From contig JAXLTR010000016.1 of the NCBI GenBank assembly GCA_046329965.1, positions 127,598-191,597 on the forward strand: a DNA stretch of 64,000 nt. The letters run 5' to 3'. Below, piece by piece: positions 1 to 10,736 of this stretch. Each line of letters opens with the position of its first letter. Positions within the stretch are counted from its first letter, which is position 1. Under the pieces are notes generated by a model. That model was given only the letters and a program-made list of their open reading frames with translations, did not search any database and was not told the origin of the DNA. Both the position numbers and the translations under genes were made by a program. Source of the DNA: Bacteroidales bacterium. GTDB taxonomy: Bacteria; Bacteroidota; Bacteroidia; Bacteroidales; NBLH01.

Positions 1-116
1 GATGCGCATGGTGAATACGAAAGAAGATAAACCCACTTTTGTTTTCAATTTTAAAAAGTAATAAATTTCATATTTTAAATAAAAACAACATTTTTTAAAC
101 CTTAAATTATATTAAT

Positions 117-536
117 ATGGCAACACGCATTGCAAAAGCAAAATGGAACGGAACCCTTAAAGATGGTAAAGGCCTTATGAGTTTTAGTAATTATGACGGG
201 CCTTTTACTTTCGCTTCACGATTTGAATCGGGTAATGGAACTAACCCGGAGGAACTAGTAGGTGCAGCACAGGCTGGATGCTACTCAATGTTTTTATCTG
301 CACTTATCAGTGGTGAAAATTTAGTTCCTGAAAGTGTTGAAACTACTGCAAAAGTTCACCTCGGCAAAGATGATATTGGCCCCGTAATTACTACAATAGA
401 ACTTGATTGTCAGGTTAAATGTGCTGGCTTATCGCAAACAAAGTTTGAAGAACTGGCCAATGCAAGTAAGGAAAAATGTCCCATTTCAAGGCTATACAAA
501 GGAACTGAAATAAAACTAAATGCAAAATTATTATAA
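117..536 (+). CDS. osmC: OsmC family peroxiredoxin
   Basis: 139 aa; GTNPEELVGAAQAGCYSM and KCPIS carry the two conserved OsmC/Ohr cysteines. Confidence 0.92.
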   Translation: MATRIAKAKWNGTLKDGKGLMSFSNYDGPFTFASRFESGNGTNPEELVGAAQAGCYSMFLSALISGENLVPESVETTAKVHLGKDDIGPVITTIELDCQVKCAGLSQTKFEELANASKEKCPISRLYKGTEIKLNAKLL

Positions 537-616
537 TTTGAATTTTTGCTTATTATAATAATGAATGCAAGTTAGTTATTGAACAACTTGCTGACATTAT
601 GAAAATTGCATGAAAT

Positions 617-649
617 AAAAAACCCCGGTAGATAATACCGGGGTTTTTT
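617..649. terminator. Bidirectional intrinsic terminator between convergent osmC and M16 protease genes
   Basis: aaaaaaccccggta-gataa-taccggggtttttt perfect stem with A/T tails. Confidence 0.85.
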
Positions 650-661
650 ACTTTTCACTTT

Positions 662-3487
662 TTATTGGTTTTTAATCAATATCGGATCACCAAATCCCAG
701 ATTTTTCAATGGTTCAAGCTGGGTGGCAGCATCTCCCACCACCAGGTAAACCATTTTATCTGGTACAATGTATTTTTGGGCCAGTTGTTTATGGCTATCC
801 AAAGTCATACTTTTCACAATTCCTTCTTCTTTTTTAACATAATCGAAAGGAAGATTATACGAAGAAATTTCATTTAACATTCCTATCAGACTTCCCAATG
901 TTTCAAAACGAAGGGCATTTGATTTTAACAATGTGTTTTTTGTAAACTCAAGATCTTCGGCTGAAATACCCTGACGGTATTTTTCCATAATATCTTTGAA
1001 AATCTGCACTGATTCAAAAGTTGAATTGGAGCGAACACTTGAAGATGCCCAGAAAGGACCATTAAATTTATAGGGTGTAAATCCTGTATAAGCACCATAA
1101 GTAAATCCTTTTTCCTCACGCAAAACCAGGTTAACCATTCCACTAAATGAACCACCTAATTTTTCGTTCATCACTACAGCAGGATAATAATCGCTGTTCA
1201 GGCGCGATAAAGAAAGATAGCCTATCCTTATCACCGATTGTTTGGCTCCCGGAACATCTACAAAATATATTTTTGATTTGTCAACAGCCGGAAAATCCTT
1301 GAATTCGGGGATTTTTACCTCCTTTTTGGTCCATTCTTTTGCCAAAGCCTGAAGGGATTTTAAAACCAAATCTTTTTTAATACTTCCGGCCACCATGAAT
1401 GAGGCCACCGATGGGGAGAAATTTTTCTCATAATAAGCCTTTAAATCATCCAGGGTTATACTTTGAACCGAAGCAACTGTTCCCATCTTATCAAAACCAA
1501 GAATACTGCTTTCTCCGTAAAGAAGTTTATTAAAATTGAGTGATGATAGATAGTTCGGATTGGCCTGGTTACGCTGAAGAATATTTATAATTTTTGATTT
1601 TGCAAGTTCAAATTCTTCTGCATCCCACCTTGGTTTTAGAATCATTTCCTGTACCAAATCCAATGTTTTCTGGTAATTCCGTGCCAATGTATTTACTGAT
1701 ATATTAATTCCTTCTTTGGTAGAGGAAACATAAACACTTGCACCCAGCATTTCAAGTTCTTCTTCGAGCTGAAGCGGAGTCTTATCTTTTGTTCCCTGCT
1801 TGAACAATTCAGCAACCAGGTTTGCTACTCCGATTTTGTTTTTATCTTCGAGCATCATTCCCCCATCTACTACTATATTAAATTGAACCAGAGGTAATTC
1901 CATCTGTTCAATGCCATAGACTTTCAATCCATTGGCCAATGTACTGTTCCATATTTTAGGAAGGTTAATAGCCGGATCAGGACCCAATGCAGGCATTTTG
2001 GATCGGTCAAGTTTTGTTTTGGTTTTTATAATTTCTTCATTGTCAACTACATCCTGCTTAACCTCGGTTGCATTTTTAATGTTCTCTTCCACTACATTTG
2101 CCTTAACTGAGTTCGCCACCATAAGGTTTAGCTGTCCTTTGGGCACAAAACTGGTTTCAACAAAAGGTTTTCCTTTAATATATTTCTCATACACCCGTTT
2201 AACATCTGACACGGTTACTGCACGGATTTTATCTATTTCTTTTTCAATATATGAAGGATCACCTATGTATTCATTATAATAGGCCAATTGATATGCTTTA
2301 TTAAAAACACTACTAATATTGTTATAATAATCGGTTTCGAGACTTGCTTTAATCCTTTCAAGGTCTTTATCAGTAAAACCCTCTTTTTCAAATAGATCAA
2401 ATGATTCGAAAACACCTTTTTCAATTTCATCAAGACTTATTCCACTATTGGCTGTAACCCTCACGTTAAAAGCACCTGCCAGTTCCATTGAACTATTGTA
2501 AGCGACCGGTCTCGATGCCAGTTTTTTCTCTTTTTCAATTACACGGTACAATGGTGCTTTTTTTCCTGATGAAAGAAGTTGAGCCAGAATATCAAGTGCA
2601 TACCCATCGTTGGAAAATTGTTCTACCGTTGGCCAAACCATAGTTAATTGAGCTGCTTTGGCAAAATTATCTTCATGATAAAGCTTTTTAGTTTCCTGGA
2701 GCTGAACAGGCATAGGTTTCATATCAACCACTTCTTTTCCTTTGGGAATTTCACCAAAATATTTCTCTATCAATACCCTTGCTGCTTTTGGATCAAAATC
2801 GCCTGCCAATACAAGTGTAGCATTGTTTGGAACGTAGTATTGCTGGTGAAATGCTTTAACATCTTCCACGGTGGCATTGAACAAATCTTCCATTTCACCA
2901 ATTACCTGCCAGTTGTAAGGATGACCTTCGGGATATAATGCTTTATTTAGAACGTAGCCTGTGTGGCCATAAGGGTTATTATCGACCCTTTGTCTTTTTT
3001 CATTTTGAACCACATTTTGCTGGTTGGCAAATGCAGCTTTGGTAACAGTATTGATCATATATCCCATTCTGTCTGATTCTAACCACAATGCCAATTCAAG
3101 AGCATTCCTCGGGACAATTTCATAATATACTGTACCATCGAAATTTGTACCCCCATTCAATTCTCCACCGGCATTCTGAATCAATTTAAAAAACTGGTCT
3201 TCGCCCACATTTTCAGATCTTTGGAACATCATGTGCTCAAAAAGGTGGGCAAAACCGGTGCGTCCTTTTACTTCTCGGTTCGATCCCACATGAAACTGAA
3301 TGGCAACTGCTACTATCGGATCTGACTTATCCACATGCAATATTACATCAAGGCCATTTGCAAGTTTAAATTGTTCGTATTTTACCGAAATTTTATTGTC
3401 AGCCTTTTGCCCCAAAATTAAAGACTGAGGTAAAAATAAAATAAGGGCTGTCAGGCCCAGCATAAAATGTTTAATTTTCTTTTTCAT
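662..3487 (-). CDS. M16 (pitrilysin/insulinase) family zinc protease, secreted
   Basis: 941 aa; signal peptide; inverted zinc motif GFAHLFEHMMF (HxxEH); LREEKGFTYGA in C-terminal half. Confidence 0.93.
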   Translation of the reverse strand: MKKKIKHFMLGLTALILFLPQSLILGQKADNKISVKYEQFKLANGLDVILHVDKSDPIVAVAIQFHVGSNREVKGRTGFAHLFEHMMFQRSENVGEDQFFKLIQNAGGELNGGTNFDGTVYYEIVPRNALELALWLESDRMGYMINTVTKAAFANQQNVVQNEKRQRVDNNPYGHTGYVLNKALYPEGHPYNWQVIGEMEDLFNATVEDVKAFHQQYYVPNNATLVLAGDFDPKAARVLIEKYFGEIPKGKEVVDMKPMPVQLQETKKLYHEDNFAKAAQLTMVWPTVEQFSNDGYALDILAQLLSSGKKAPLYRVIEKEKKLASRPVAYNSSMELAGAFNVRVTANSGISLDEIEKGVFESFDLFEKEGFTDKDLERIKASLETDYYNNISSVFNKAYQLAYYNEYIGDPSYIEKEIDKIRAVTVSDVKRVYEKYIKGKPFVETSFVPKGQLNLMVANSVKANVVEENIKNATEVKQDVVDNEEIIKTKTKLDRSKMPALGPDPAINLPKIWNSTLANGLKVYGIEQMELPLVQFNIVVDGGMMLEDKNKIGVANLVAELFKQGTKDKTPLQLEEELEMLGASVYVSSTKEGINISVNTLARNYQKTLDLVQEMILKPRWDAEEFELAKSKIINILQRNQANPNYLSSLNFNKLLYGESSILGFDKMGTVASVQSITLDDLKAYYEKNFSPSVASFMVAGSIKKDLVLKSLQALAKEWTKKEVKIPEFKDFPAVDKSKIYFVDVPGAKQSVIRIGYLSLSRLNSDYYPAVVMNEKLGGSFSGMVNLVLREEKGFTYGAYTGFTPYKFNGPFWASSSVRSNSTFESVQIFKDIMEKYRQGISAEDLEFTKNTLLKSNALRFETLGSLIGMLNEISSYNLPFDYVKKEEGIVKSMTLDSHKQLAQKYIVPDKMVYLVVGDAATQLEPLKNLGFGDPILIKNQ

Positions 3488-4116
3488 CCGTTTATTTTTT
3501 TTGTTTTTATTCGGTCGGACGAAACCCCCAAATAAACATCCGAGTTTGTGTAAGCAAGCAACATGGGGATTTCATAAAGTTTAATTTTTAAGTTTTTATC
3601 AGCATTTTATTGCTAATTATAGAAAAAAGATTTGCAATAAAATTACAATATTTGAAGAATTAAAAAAAAAATCAAAATCATTATCTTAAATCAGTTTGGA
3701 TATCAACAGGATACAAATAGGCAGGGCTATAGTATATTACTTGGATGCAAAGTGTATCATTTCATCCGGGAACAAACTAGTGTTACAGTCTCAAACTCAA
3801 TAATGTAATAAGTTTTGGTTTAATGATTTTATTCCTGACTAAGGTTTTTTTGTAAAAATAAGGTTAGCTTACTTTTAAAATATGCCTGGTAAAACCATAT
3901 TTTGTCTACTTCACCCTTTGTAAAATAATTGATATAGAAATTTAAACCTTATTACTTTAATATAGTCTCTGTTTGCAACTCTAACTTTATTGGCCATGGG
4001 TTTTTTATTGTAAAAAAATACAACCAAAAAGCAGGCAGGTCATACATTAATATGTTAAAAAAGAGAATTATTGTGATATTTTTTAATAAATTGATACATA
4101 GAAAGAAAAATTCAAC

Positions 4117-4124
4117 TACCTTTG
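4117..4124 (+). promoter_or_regulatory. Bacteroidota -7 promoter element for RRM gene
   Basis: TACCTTTG matches TAnnTTTG, 34 nt before ATG. Confidence 0.6.
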
Positions 4125-4158
4125 TTTGGATTAACAATTTTTAATTTTTTTCTATTTT

Positions 4159-4449
4159 ATGAACATTTATGTAGGAAATCTTCATTACGATGTAACAGAA
4201 GATTATTTAAAATCAATTTTTGAAGAGTATGGCGCAGTTGAATCCGCCAAGCTAATTATCGACAAGTTTTCGGGCAAAAGTAAAGGGTTTGGCTTTATCG
4301 AAATGCTAAACGACAATGAGGCCCAGGAGGCTGTTAACGCTCTGAATGGTTCCGAAATTAAAGGAAGGAACATGAAAGTAAACCTGGCCAGGGAAAAAAG
4401 TGAATCGAACGAAAAAAGACCACCACGAAGAAAAAGTAACTATCGCTAG
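4159..4449 (+). CDS. RRM (RNP-1) RNA-binding protein
   Basis: MNIYVGNL (RNP2) and SKGFGFIEM (RNP1); basic C-terminal tail. Confidence 0.95.
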   Translation: MNIYVGNLHYDVTEDYLKSIFEEYGAVESAKLIIDKFSGKSKGFGFIEMLNDNEAQEAVNALNGSEIKGRNMKVNLAREKSESNEKRPPRRKSNYR

Positions 4450-4621
4450 GATTTCGTCAAATTAGCCTTATTATATGGCAAAAGTCTAACCAATTGTTTA
4501 TCCTTGTTTTAAAAAGAATTAGTATTTGGAGTGTTCAAACTTTAAATTCTATTTTTTAACACAGTGATTTTATAAAATAAGGATTTTTACAATCACTTAA
4601 CACAGGATATTTAGAACTTCG

Positions 4622-4657
4622 AAAAAACTGTCTGTAATGTTCAGACAGTTTTTTTTA
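4622..4657 (+). terminator. Intrinsic terminator after RRM gene
   Basis: aaaaaactgtctg-taatgtt-cagacagttttttttt. Confidence 0.8.
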
Positions 4658-4726
4658 TGATAGATTAATTTTCCATTTTTAATTATATTTGTTTGAATTG
4701 TTTAATCTTTAATAAAACATTTTAAA

Positions 4727-5704
4727 ATGGACAGTTTCGAAGAAAAACTCAACAAACATATAGATAAAGTTCTTGAAATTCAACGCAATAAAGAAACAAA
4801 ACCTTTAACCCTTCAGGAATTAAAAGAAGTTGATCTAAGCCTGGGAATGACCGAAGAAGAATGGGATGCACTATTGAAAAAGGCTGAAGACCAGGTGAAA
4901 TTGGCCCAAAACCATCTGTCGTACGGCAATTTTCAGGAGGCCTATAAAGCTGCCGATCTCGCCGTTTCAATCAATCCTTACCACCAGGAAGCACTTTTAA
5001 TTTTGGCCATGGCTTCGTTGGGAAAATATGAATCGGATGAAAAAGATGAGTTTTTGGACACCGCGCATAATTACGCCAGCGAATTGCTGAAAATTAACCC
5101 AGACCAGAAGCAGGCCATTGAAATTCTGGCGAAAATCCGCAACCATCAGAAAACTGAAACCAACCAGCGTAAAAATTTCATTAAATATGGCGCAATTGGA
5201 TTATTTGTAATTATCGTAGTTACAGTATTATTTGTTTTTAAAAGCAAACAACCACATAAAGAAAATACGGAAAAAAAATTTCAACTTATTGAAGCTGAGG
5301 AAGCCGCAAACGCTGCCTGGGCACAGGTAGAAAATGTAATATCGCGCAGGGATCAACTTGTACCACAACTACTTGCATTGGCACCTTCTGCCACAACCGC
5401 TAATCTTAAAACAGATATTGAAAATCTGAATTCAGAAATAAAAAATACCGACAACTTAAATCGTAAAATTGAGCTTCAAACCAGTTTGCAGGAGAAATTA
5501 AAAGAATTATTGTCTGATTTAAACACAGGTAATTCGGACGAAAAAATTAAACTCATCCTTGTTCAGATTGAAGGTTCCTTTAACAGGATTTCAGTAGAAG
5601 GAATGAGGTACAATGAGGCTGCAAAACAATACAATATCCTTGTTAAAAAGTATGGCGATGAATTTCCTGATTTTAAGGAAAAACCTTATTTTATGGGAAA
5701 TTAA
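4727..5704 (+). CDS. LemA family protein with N-terminal TPR-like extension
   Basis: C-terminal AWAQVENVISRRDQLVPQL and LVQIEGSFNRISVEGMRYNEAAKQYN are LemA motifs; central TM helix; helical repeat N-terminus. Confidence 0.8.
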   Translation: MDSFEEKLNKHIDKVLEIQRNKETKPLTLQELKEVDLSLGMTEEEWDALLKKAEDQVKLAQNHLSYGNFQEAYKAADLAVSINPYHQEALLILAMASLGKYESDEKDEFLDTAHNYASELLKINPDQKQAIEILAKIRNHQKTETNQRKNFIKYGAIGLFVIIVVTVLFVFKSKQPHKENTEKKFQLIEAEEAANAAWAQVENVISRRDQLVPQLLALAPSATTANLKTDIENLNSEIKNTDNLNRKIELQTSLQEKLKELLSDLNTGNSDEKIKLILVQIEGSFNRISVEGMRYNEAAKQYNILVKKYGDEFPDFKEKPYFMGN

Positions 5705-5741
5705 AAGAGACAGACACCATAAATAGAAATTCTAAAACATC

Positions 5742-7001
5742 TTGATAATGAAAACAAAACTGCTCCTGTTTATTATTTTCATGTTATTGGTAAATTCCGG
5801 TTACGCACAATGGACAATACAAACTGTTCCAAATCCTAAAAAACTAAACAATACTTATGTAGCTAATCCCGACAATATCCTTTCGGTAAACGATGTAATG
5901 TCGCTTAATTCTTTAATAAAATCAGCAGATGATTCTGGTAAAATTCAAATAGCGGTTGTAATACTCAAATCAATTGGTAACGCTGTCCCCAAGGAATTTG
6001 CTACCTCATTGTTTAATTATTGGGGCGTGGGAGAAAAAAATGTTGACAATGGGCTGCTCATGCTTTTTGTTATGGATCAAAGGCGGATAGAATTTGAAAC
6101 CGGCTATGGAATGGAATCAATAATTACCGATGCAATTTCTTACCAGATTCAGCAGGAATATATGGTGCCAGAGTTTAAGGCAGGAAATTACGGATTAGGA
6201 ATGATAAAAGGTGTTTCAAGAGTGATTGAAGTTGCCGGCGGAACATCAGAAATAATTCAACCGGAAAGTACTGTAAATGAATATACTGGAAACAATACAA
6301 CAGAAACCAACTATTACGATAGTTCTCCGAAAAGGACTGATTATCATAGTTTTCTTGGATTTTATATAAGGGCAACTCTATTGATGAGCTTATTTTTTAT
6401 CATCATGTTTTGCATCACCATGTTTCAGGACGATTATTTTAAAAGGCATAAAACAATGCGGATTTTCAAGCTCTATATCTGGTTTTTACTTTTTCCGATA
6501 CCGTTTGCAGGGTTTTACTTTTGGACAAAAAAGCTTCTCGACAGTTGGAGAAACACACCACGAATAAGCCCGAAAACAGGACGGTTAATGCGGAAGTTAT
6601 CTGAAGATATTGACGATCAGTACCTTGAAAAAGGACAGGTTACTGAAGAACAAGTTAAATCAATTGATTATGATGTTTGGATTAGTGAAGAACCTGGCGA
6701 TATTCTGATTTTAGCTTATAAAAGATGGTTTTCGGCCTATAGTGCCTGTCCGATGTGTAAATTTAAAACATATTATAAAGAATATGACAGGGTAATCCGT
6801 TCGGCTACCTATTCAAGCTCAGGTGAAGGTGAACGCAGATATACCTGCAAGAACTGTAATCACAGTAAAACAACCAGGTATACTATTCCACGCAAGACGA
6901 AATCTTCGAGTAGCAGCTATCGTTCAGGTTCTTCAGGTGGAGGCAGTTCATCATTTGGTGGAGGCCGTTCAGGAGGCGGTGGTGCCGGAAGTAGCTGGTA
7001 G
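5742..7001 (+). CDS. TPM domain (DUF477) membrane protein with C-terminal Cys4 motif and Gly/Ser tail
   Basis: FATSLFNYWGVGEKNVDNGLLML...RRIEFETGYGME TPM motifs; two TM helices; CPMC...CKNC; ends SFGGGRSGGGGAGSSW. Confidence 0.88.
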   Translation: MIMKTKLLLFIIFMLLVNSGYAQWTIQTVPNPKKLNNTYVANPDNILSVNDVMSLNSLIKSADDSGKIQIAVVILKSIGNAVPKEFATSLFNYWGVGEKNVDNGLLMLFVMDQRRIEFETGYGMESIITDAISYQIQQEYMVPEFKAGNYGLGMIKGVSRVIEVAGGTSEIIQPESTVNEYTGNNTTETNYYDSSPKRTDYHSFLGFYIRATLLMSLFFIIMFCITMFQDDYFKRHKTMRIFKLYIWFLLFPIPFAGFYFWTKKLLDSWRNTPRISPKTGRLMRKLSEDIDDQYLEKGQVTEEQVKSIDYDVWISEEPGDILILAYKRWFSAYSACPMCKFKTYYKEYDRVIRSATYSSSGEGERRYTCKNCNHSKTTRYTIPRKTKSSSSSYRSGSSGGGSSSFGGGRSGGGGAGSSW

Positions 7002-7090
7002 TTTTAATATTCTGTGAAAGTAATAAAGTATATTGGCTTTTTAATTATTGTATAAAGTAGTTTACATTTGTTGCAATTTAATTTGCTAAA

Positions 7091-7345
7091 ATGGACAATA
7101 TTACTTTAACAGGTCTTTTGGCTGCTATATGCACCACTTCGGCTTATTTGCCACAGGCAATTAAAATAATCAGGACAAAGAAAACTTCGGATATTTCATT
7201 GCTAATGTACAGTGTAATGGCTTTGGGTACATTTCTTTGGCTGCTTTATGGTTTTTTTCTCCATAATTTTCCACTTATTTTAGCGAATGGTATCGGATTT
7301 TCATTAATTGCCACCATTTTTATAATGAAAATCAGGTATAAATAA
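7091..7345 (+). CDS. SemiSWEET (PQ-loop) sugar transporter
   Basis: 84 aa, 3 TM; CTTSAYLPQAIKIIRTKKTSDISLLMY, LWLLYG, PLILAN. Confidence 0.92.
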   Translation: MDNITLTGLLAAICTTSAYLPQAIKIIRTKKTSDISLLMYSVMALGTFLWLLYGFFLHNFPLILANGIGFSLIATIFIMKIRYK

Positions 7346-7504
7346 TCTGTTGGCCAAAATTGTACCCTTGCCTTTATAGTCCTTAATTTGGTTTTCGGCA
7401 AACCTGAATTATCCATCCTGAATATGAAAGTTAAAATCCGGTAATATTATAATGCTTAATGACTTATAATTTTGAACCTGAACCTTTTATATATTTATTA
7501 AACA

Positions 7505-10138
7505 CTAAAGCGACAACCAAAAATTCACTTTGACAAGAAATACATTATGTGGCTGATTTTGATATAGATTGCTTAAATCTTTTCCTAAAGCGAAATTCCC
7601 ATTTGTATCACTGGAATTTATGTCCTGCGACCAGACAAAATAGATTGTAGAACCAGGGGAATATTCCCAGCGAACAACCAGATTAGAACGATATTCACTG
7701 AAATTATAGTCTACTTTACTTATGTTGTAATCTGGGGTTCCATCATGGTTCTCATCAACCGCGTAATTCTCACTGGCTTCATTATAAACTATTTCAGAAT
7801 CGGTATAAGTATGATATCTATCTGTAAATTCACTGGCGTGTGTGTCTGTAATCATTTTGTATTTTGAATATTTCCCTGCCGAAATAAATGGCTGACCATA
7901 ATACTGAATTGTAAGTTCTGGGGTTATTGTGTAATTAATCCTTAAAGTAAAATTAAAAGTTTTCTGATCCAGATAAGCAAAAATATAGCGTGGCTCACCG
8001 TTAAACTCATTGGTTTCTACATATTGAAGTTCATTCAATGATTTGCCATACGAAGGATCAAAAGAAATTGAAAGCGCATTTATGGGTCTATAATAAACAC
8101 CAGCCCAATATTCTGTATAATTTGAACTTTTAAAATCGCCATGTCCCAGGTATCCGCCCAGGTTAAAAGCTACTTTTTTTGAAAAATCAGTATTAATATT
8201 AATATTTGTATTGATCATGCCGGGCATTAAAATGGATGGTCCGCCTCTTAACAATGTAGTTGATAAAACATGGTTTTGCCGGCTGAAATTCCCGTTTATC
8301 CTCCATTTATTTTTAAACTGGGAATTGAAATTTGTGTTTAAATTCGTTGATAATAGTTTTCCTTCAAAATTCCAATATAACCAGTAATTTGTGTTTAAAT
8401 AAAAATTCCTGAATATCCAAAAGGGATTGCGCACATAATAAGCTACCCAGGTGCCGTGATGAATAAAATCGGATGATCGCATGTAGCCTATATCATTAAA
8501 CTCCAACCCTGGTGAACGAAGTGTGAAACTGGTTTCGAACTGAATTTTCTTTTGCCCCATACGGCCAAATTTCCCGGAAATACCATAACCGCTTAAAGAA
8601 TTCAACGAAGAATCTACTGAGATATGCGTAGCATCTGGTCTCTGGAAATAGCGAGCAGACGAAATCTGGGTATTTATCAATGCGGAATTGCTACCATTTA
8701 CATTCGAAAATGCGCCTTCTCCGGCCACATACCAGGTTCTTTCTTTCCAGCTGTGCTTGAAATCAATACCTCCAGTATACGCCGATGAAAGCAGAAAGTT
8801 CATGGCAGGATTTGTAATATCGCGGTTAACCGAAGTAAACATACCACCCAGAGTAGTTTCGCCTTTGTTAAAATCTTGCTGTAGCCGCATTACAAAGTAA
8901 TTTGTGAATGGTTCAACACTTTCTTTTCGGCGTTGGCCCAAACTGTCTATTTCAGCTTTTGCATTACCTGTAAGGCTTTCAAGAATTCCAATGGATAAAC
9001 CTTTTTTGGTTTTACCGGATACTTTAAATGCCCCAAGTATTGTAGTCGATTCTGGCATTTTAACGTATTCATTTTCTGAAGTTTCGGGATAATATTGTGG
9101 ATACCTGCCAATTCTGCGCGAATAAAACAAATTGTCCTGCCCAAAATTATTGATAACAATAGGATTTGAAGGCCTGAACTGGTAAATGCTCTTGCCTTCA
9201 ATAAAAAATGGCCGCTGTTCAGAAAAATAGGTTTCAAAGGCAGTTAGGTTAACTTCGGAGGGATCGGCTTCTACCTGTCCAAAATCTGGATTTACAGTAA
9301 AATCGAGCGTTAAATCGTTAGTAATTCCAATCTTACCGTCAATACCACCTGAAAGTCTAGAAGTAAGGCCATCTGCATAAGGATTTCCATCTTCTTTTTG
9401 AAAAGTTTCGAGTTTGGCAACAATATAGGGTAAAATTTCAACCTGCCGCTTGGGTTCGATGTTTTTTATCCCTCGCAATTCGCCAAATAAATGAACAATT
9501 CCAGGTGAACCTTTGGGGATAAACTGCCAATGTGAGCGCTCTTCTTCACGGAATAAATGCCTCATAACCTGTATTCCCCAAACCTGTTCTTCTTTTTTGC
9601 CAAACCTGAGTTGGGTAAATGGAATTTTCATTTCGGCGTTCCATCCCTTATCATCAATTGATGTTTTAAGGAACCATACAGGGTTCCAGCTGTCGTCCCA
9701 GTTATTTCCATTCTGGCTTATGGCTTCGTCGCCTTTTGCACCCGATGCCATGGCCGAAAATGAAAAAGCAGTTTGTTTATCAAAATAACTGTCGATGTTG
9801 ATTTCTACCAAATCGCCCTCAAATTCATCACGGCGTGATAAAATGCGACTTATTTTGTCTGGTTCGGTATCATAAGCACGAATAAAAACATATAAATTGT
9901 CACTGTCGTACAAGATTTTAAAAGCAGTTTGCTGGGTAGGTGGTTGATTTTCAACGGGCATGGTTTGTGTAAAGTTTCCCGACCATTCAACCTGGTTCCA
10001 GCACGAATCATTCATTAATCCATCAATGTCTGGCGGAATATTGGTAAATTGAGTTTGATAAGTTCGTTGTTCAATTTGTTGCGGAAAGCATATAAAAGCA
10101 ATCAACAGAATATAAATAGTAAGAAGAAGTCTTGCCAT
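7505..10138 (-). CDS. CBM9-like sugar-binding plus DUF5916 domain outer-membrane/secreted protein
   Basis: 877 aa; signal peptide; PDIDGLMNDSCW CBM9-like start; DFTVNPDFGQVEADP and FFSEQRPFFIEG-type motifs; aromatic beta-strand C-terminus. Confidence 0.8.
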   Translation of the reverse strand: MARLLLTIYILLIAFICFPQQIEQRTYQTQFTNIPPDIDGLMNDSCWNQVEWSGNFTQTMPVENQPPTQQTAFKILYDSDNLYVFIRAYDTEPDKISRILSRRDEFEGDLVEINIDSYFDKQTAFSFSAMASGAKGDEAISQNGNNWDDSWNPVWFLKTSIDDKGWNAEMKIPFTQLRFGKKEEQVWGIQVMRHLFREEERSHWQFIPKGSPGIVHLFGELRGIKNIEPKRQVEILPYIVAKLETFQKEDGNPYADGLTSRLSGGIDGKIGITNDLTLDFTVNPDFGQVEADPSEVNLTAFETYFSEQRPFFIEGKSIYQFRPSNPIVINNFGQDNLFYSRRIGRYPQYYPETSENEYVKMPESTTILGAFKVSGKTKKGLSIGILESLTGNAKAEIDSLGQRRKESVEPFTNYFVMRLQQDFNKGETTLGGMFTSVNRDITNPAMNFLLSSAYTGGIDFKHSWKERTWYVAGEGAFSNVNGSNSALINTQISSARYFQRPDATHISVDSSLNSLSGYGISGKFGRMGQKKIQFETSFTLRSPGLEFNDIGYMRSSDFIHHGTWVAYYVRNPFWIFRNFYLNTNYWLYWNFEGKLLSTNLNTNFNSQFKNKWRINGNFSRQNHVLSTTLLRGGPSILMPGMINTNININTDFSKKVAFNLGGYLGHGDFKSSNYTEYWAGVYYRPINALSISFDPSYGKSLNELQYVETNEFNGEPRYIFAYLDQKTFNFTLRINYTITPELTIQYYGQPFISAGKYSKYKMITDTHASEFTDRYHTYTDSEIVYNEASENYAVDENHDGTPDYNISKVDYNFSEYRSNLVVRWEYSPGSTIYFVWSQDINSSDTNGNFALGKDLSNLYQNQPHNVFLVKVNFWLSL

Positions 10139-10736
10139 CTGGTTTAGTATAAGTTTAATTAATGTTTTTATTTAACTGGATATAATTCTGATGACGAAAA
10201 AATGAAAATAATGCTGCTTGATTATTTAATTTTTTCCAGGTCTCAAAACTTAATTCCTTTCGGCAAATAATACTGTCAAAATCCGAAATGGTTACAAAAA
10301 ATCTAAAAATAATTTGGGAGGGTTGTGCTGATGTTTTGTATAAATATTTGGCTTATTGATTAATACGCTATATAGTCATCACAAATTTAATCAATTGCTT
10401 AAAAGCTTATATTTCTTAATTGAAGAATAAAATGTTAATTTCTTTGCCGGCACTAAAAAAATCAAAGAAAAGAATTGGCAACAATTTAGAAATTTTTATT
10501 CCGGATTATGACGATTCTTTCAATTAACTTTCTAAATGCATGTTTTTGCAAAATCATTTGGTTAATACATCTTAACCTTCCTGGTTATAAATTTGGGTTT
10601 TAAAAGTAAAACAAAAATGATAAGCCCTGGAATTGGTTTCTGAAAGAGCATTTTTTTAGTACTGCCATTTTATTGAAACCGCGTTAATTAAAGGATGAAT
10701 AATAAAAAAAGCCTGAGTTTGAGAATGATCTGAATT

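Noticed and set aside
3952-4137. 61-aa minus-strand ORF upstream of the RRM gene
   Set aside because: Low-complexity translation of A/T-rich promoter DNA; overlaps the RRM promoter box; no motif
4450-4657. Roughly 170-nt gap between RRM stop and terminator as a possible 3'-derived sRNA
   Set aside because: No internal promoter box or clear structure; long 3' UTRs are ordinary
10139-10736. 600-bp intergenic region between the DUF5916 gene and pepT
   Set aside because: A/T-rich, no convincing ORF, repeat array or stable structure found by eye
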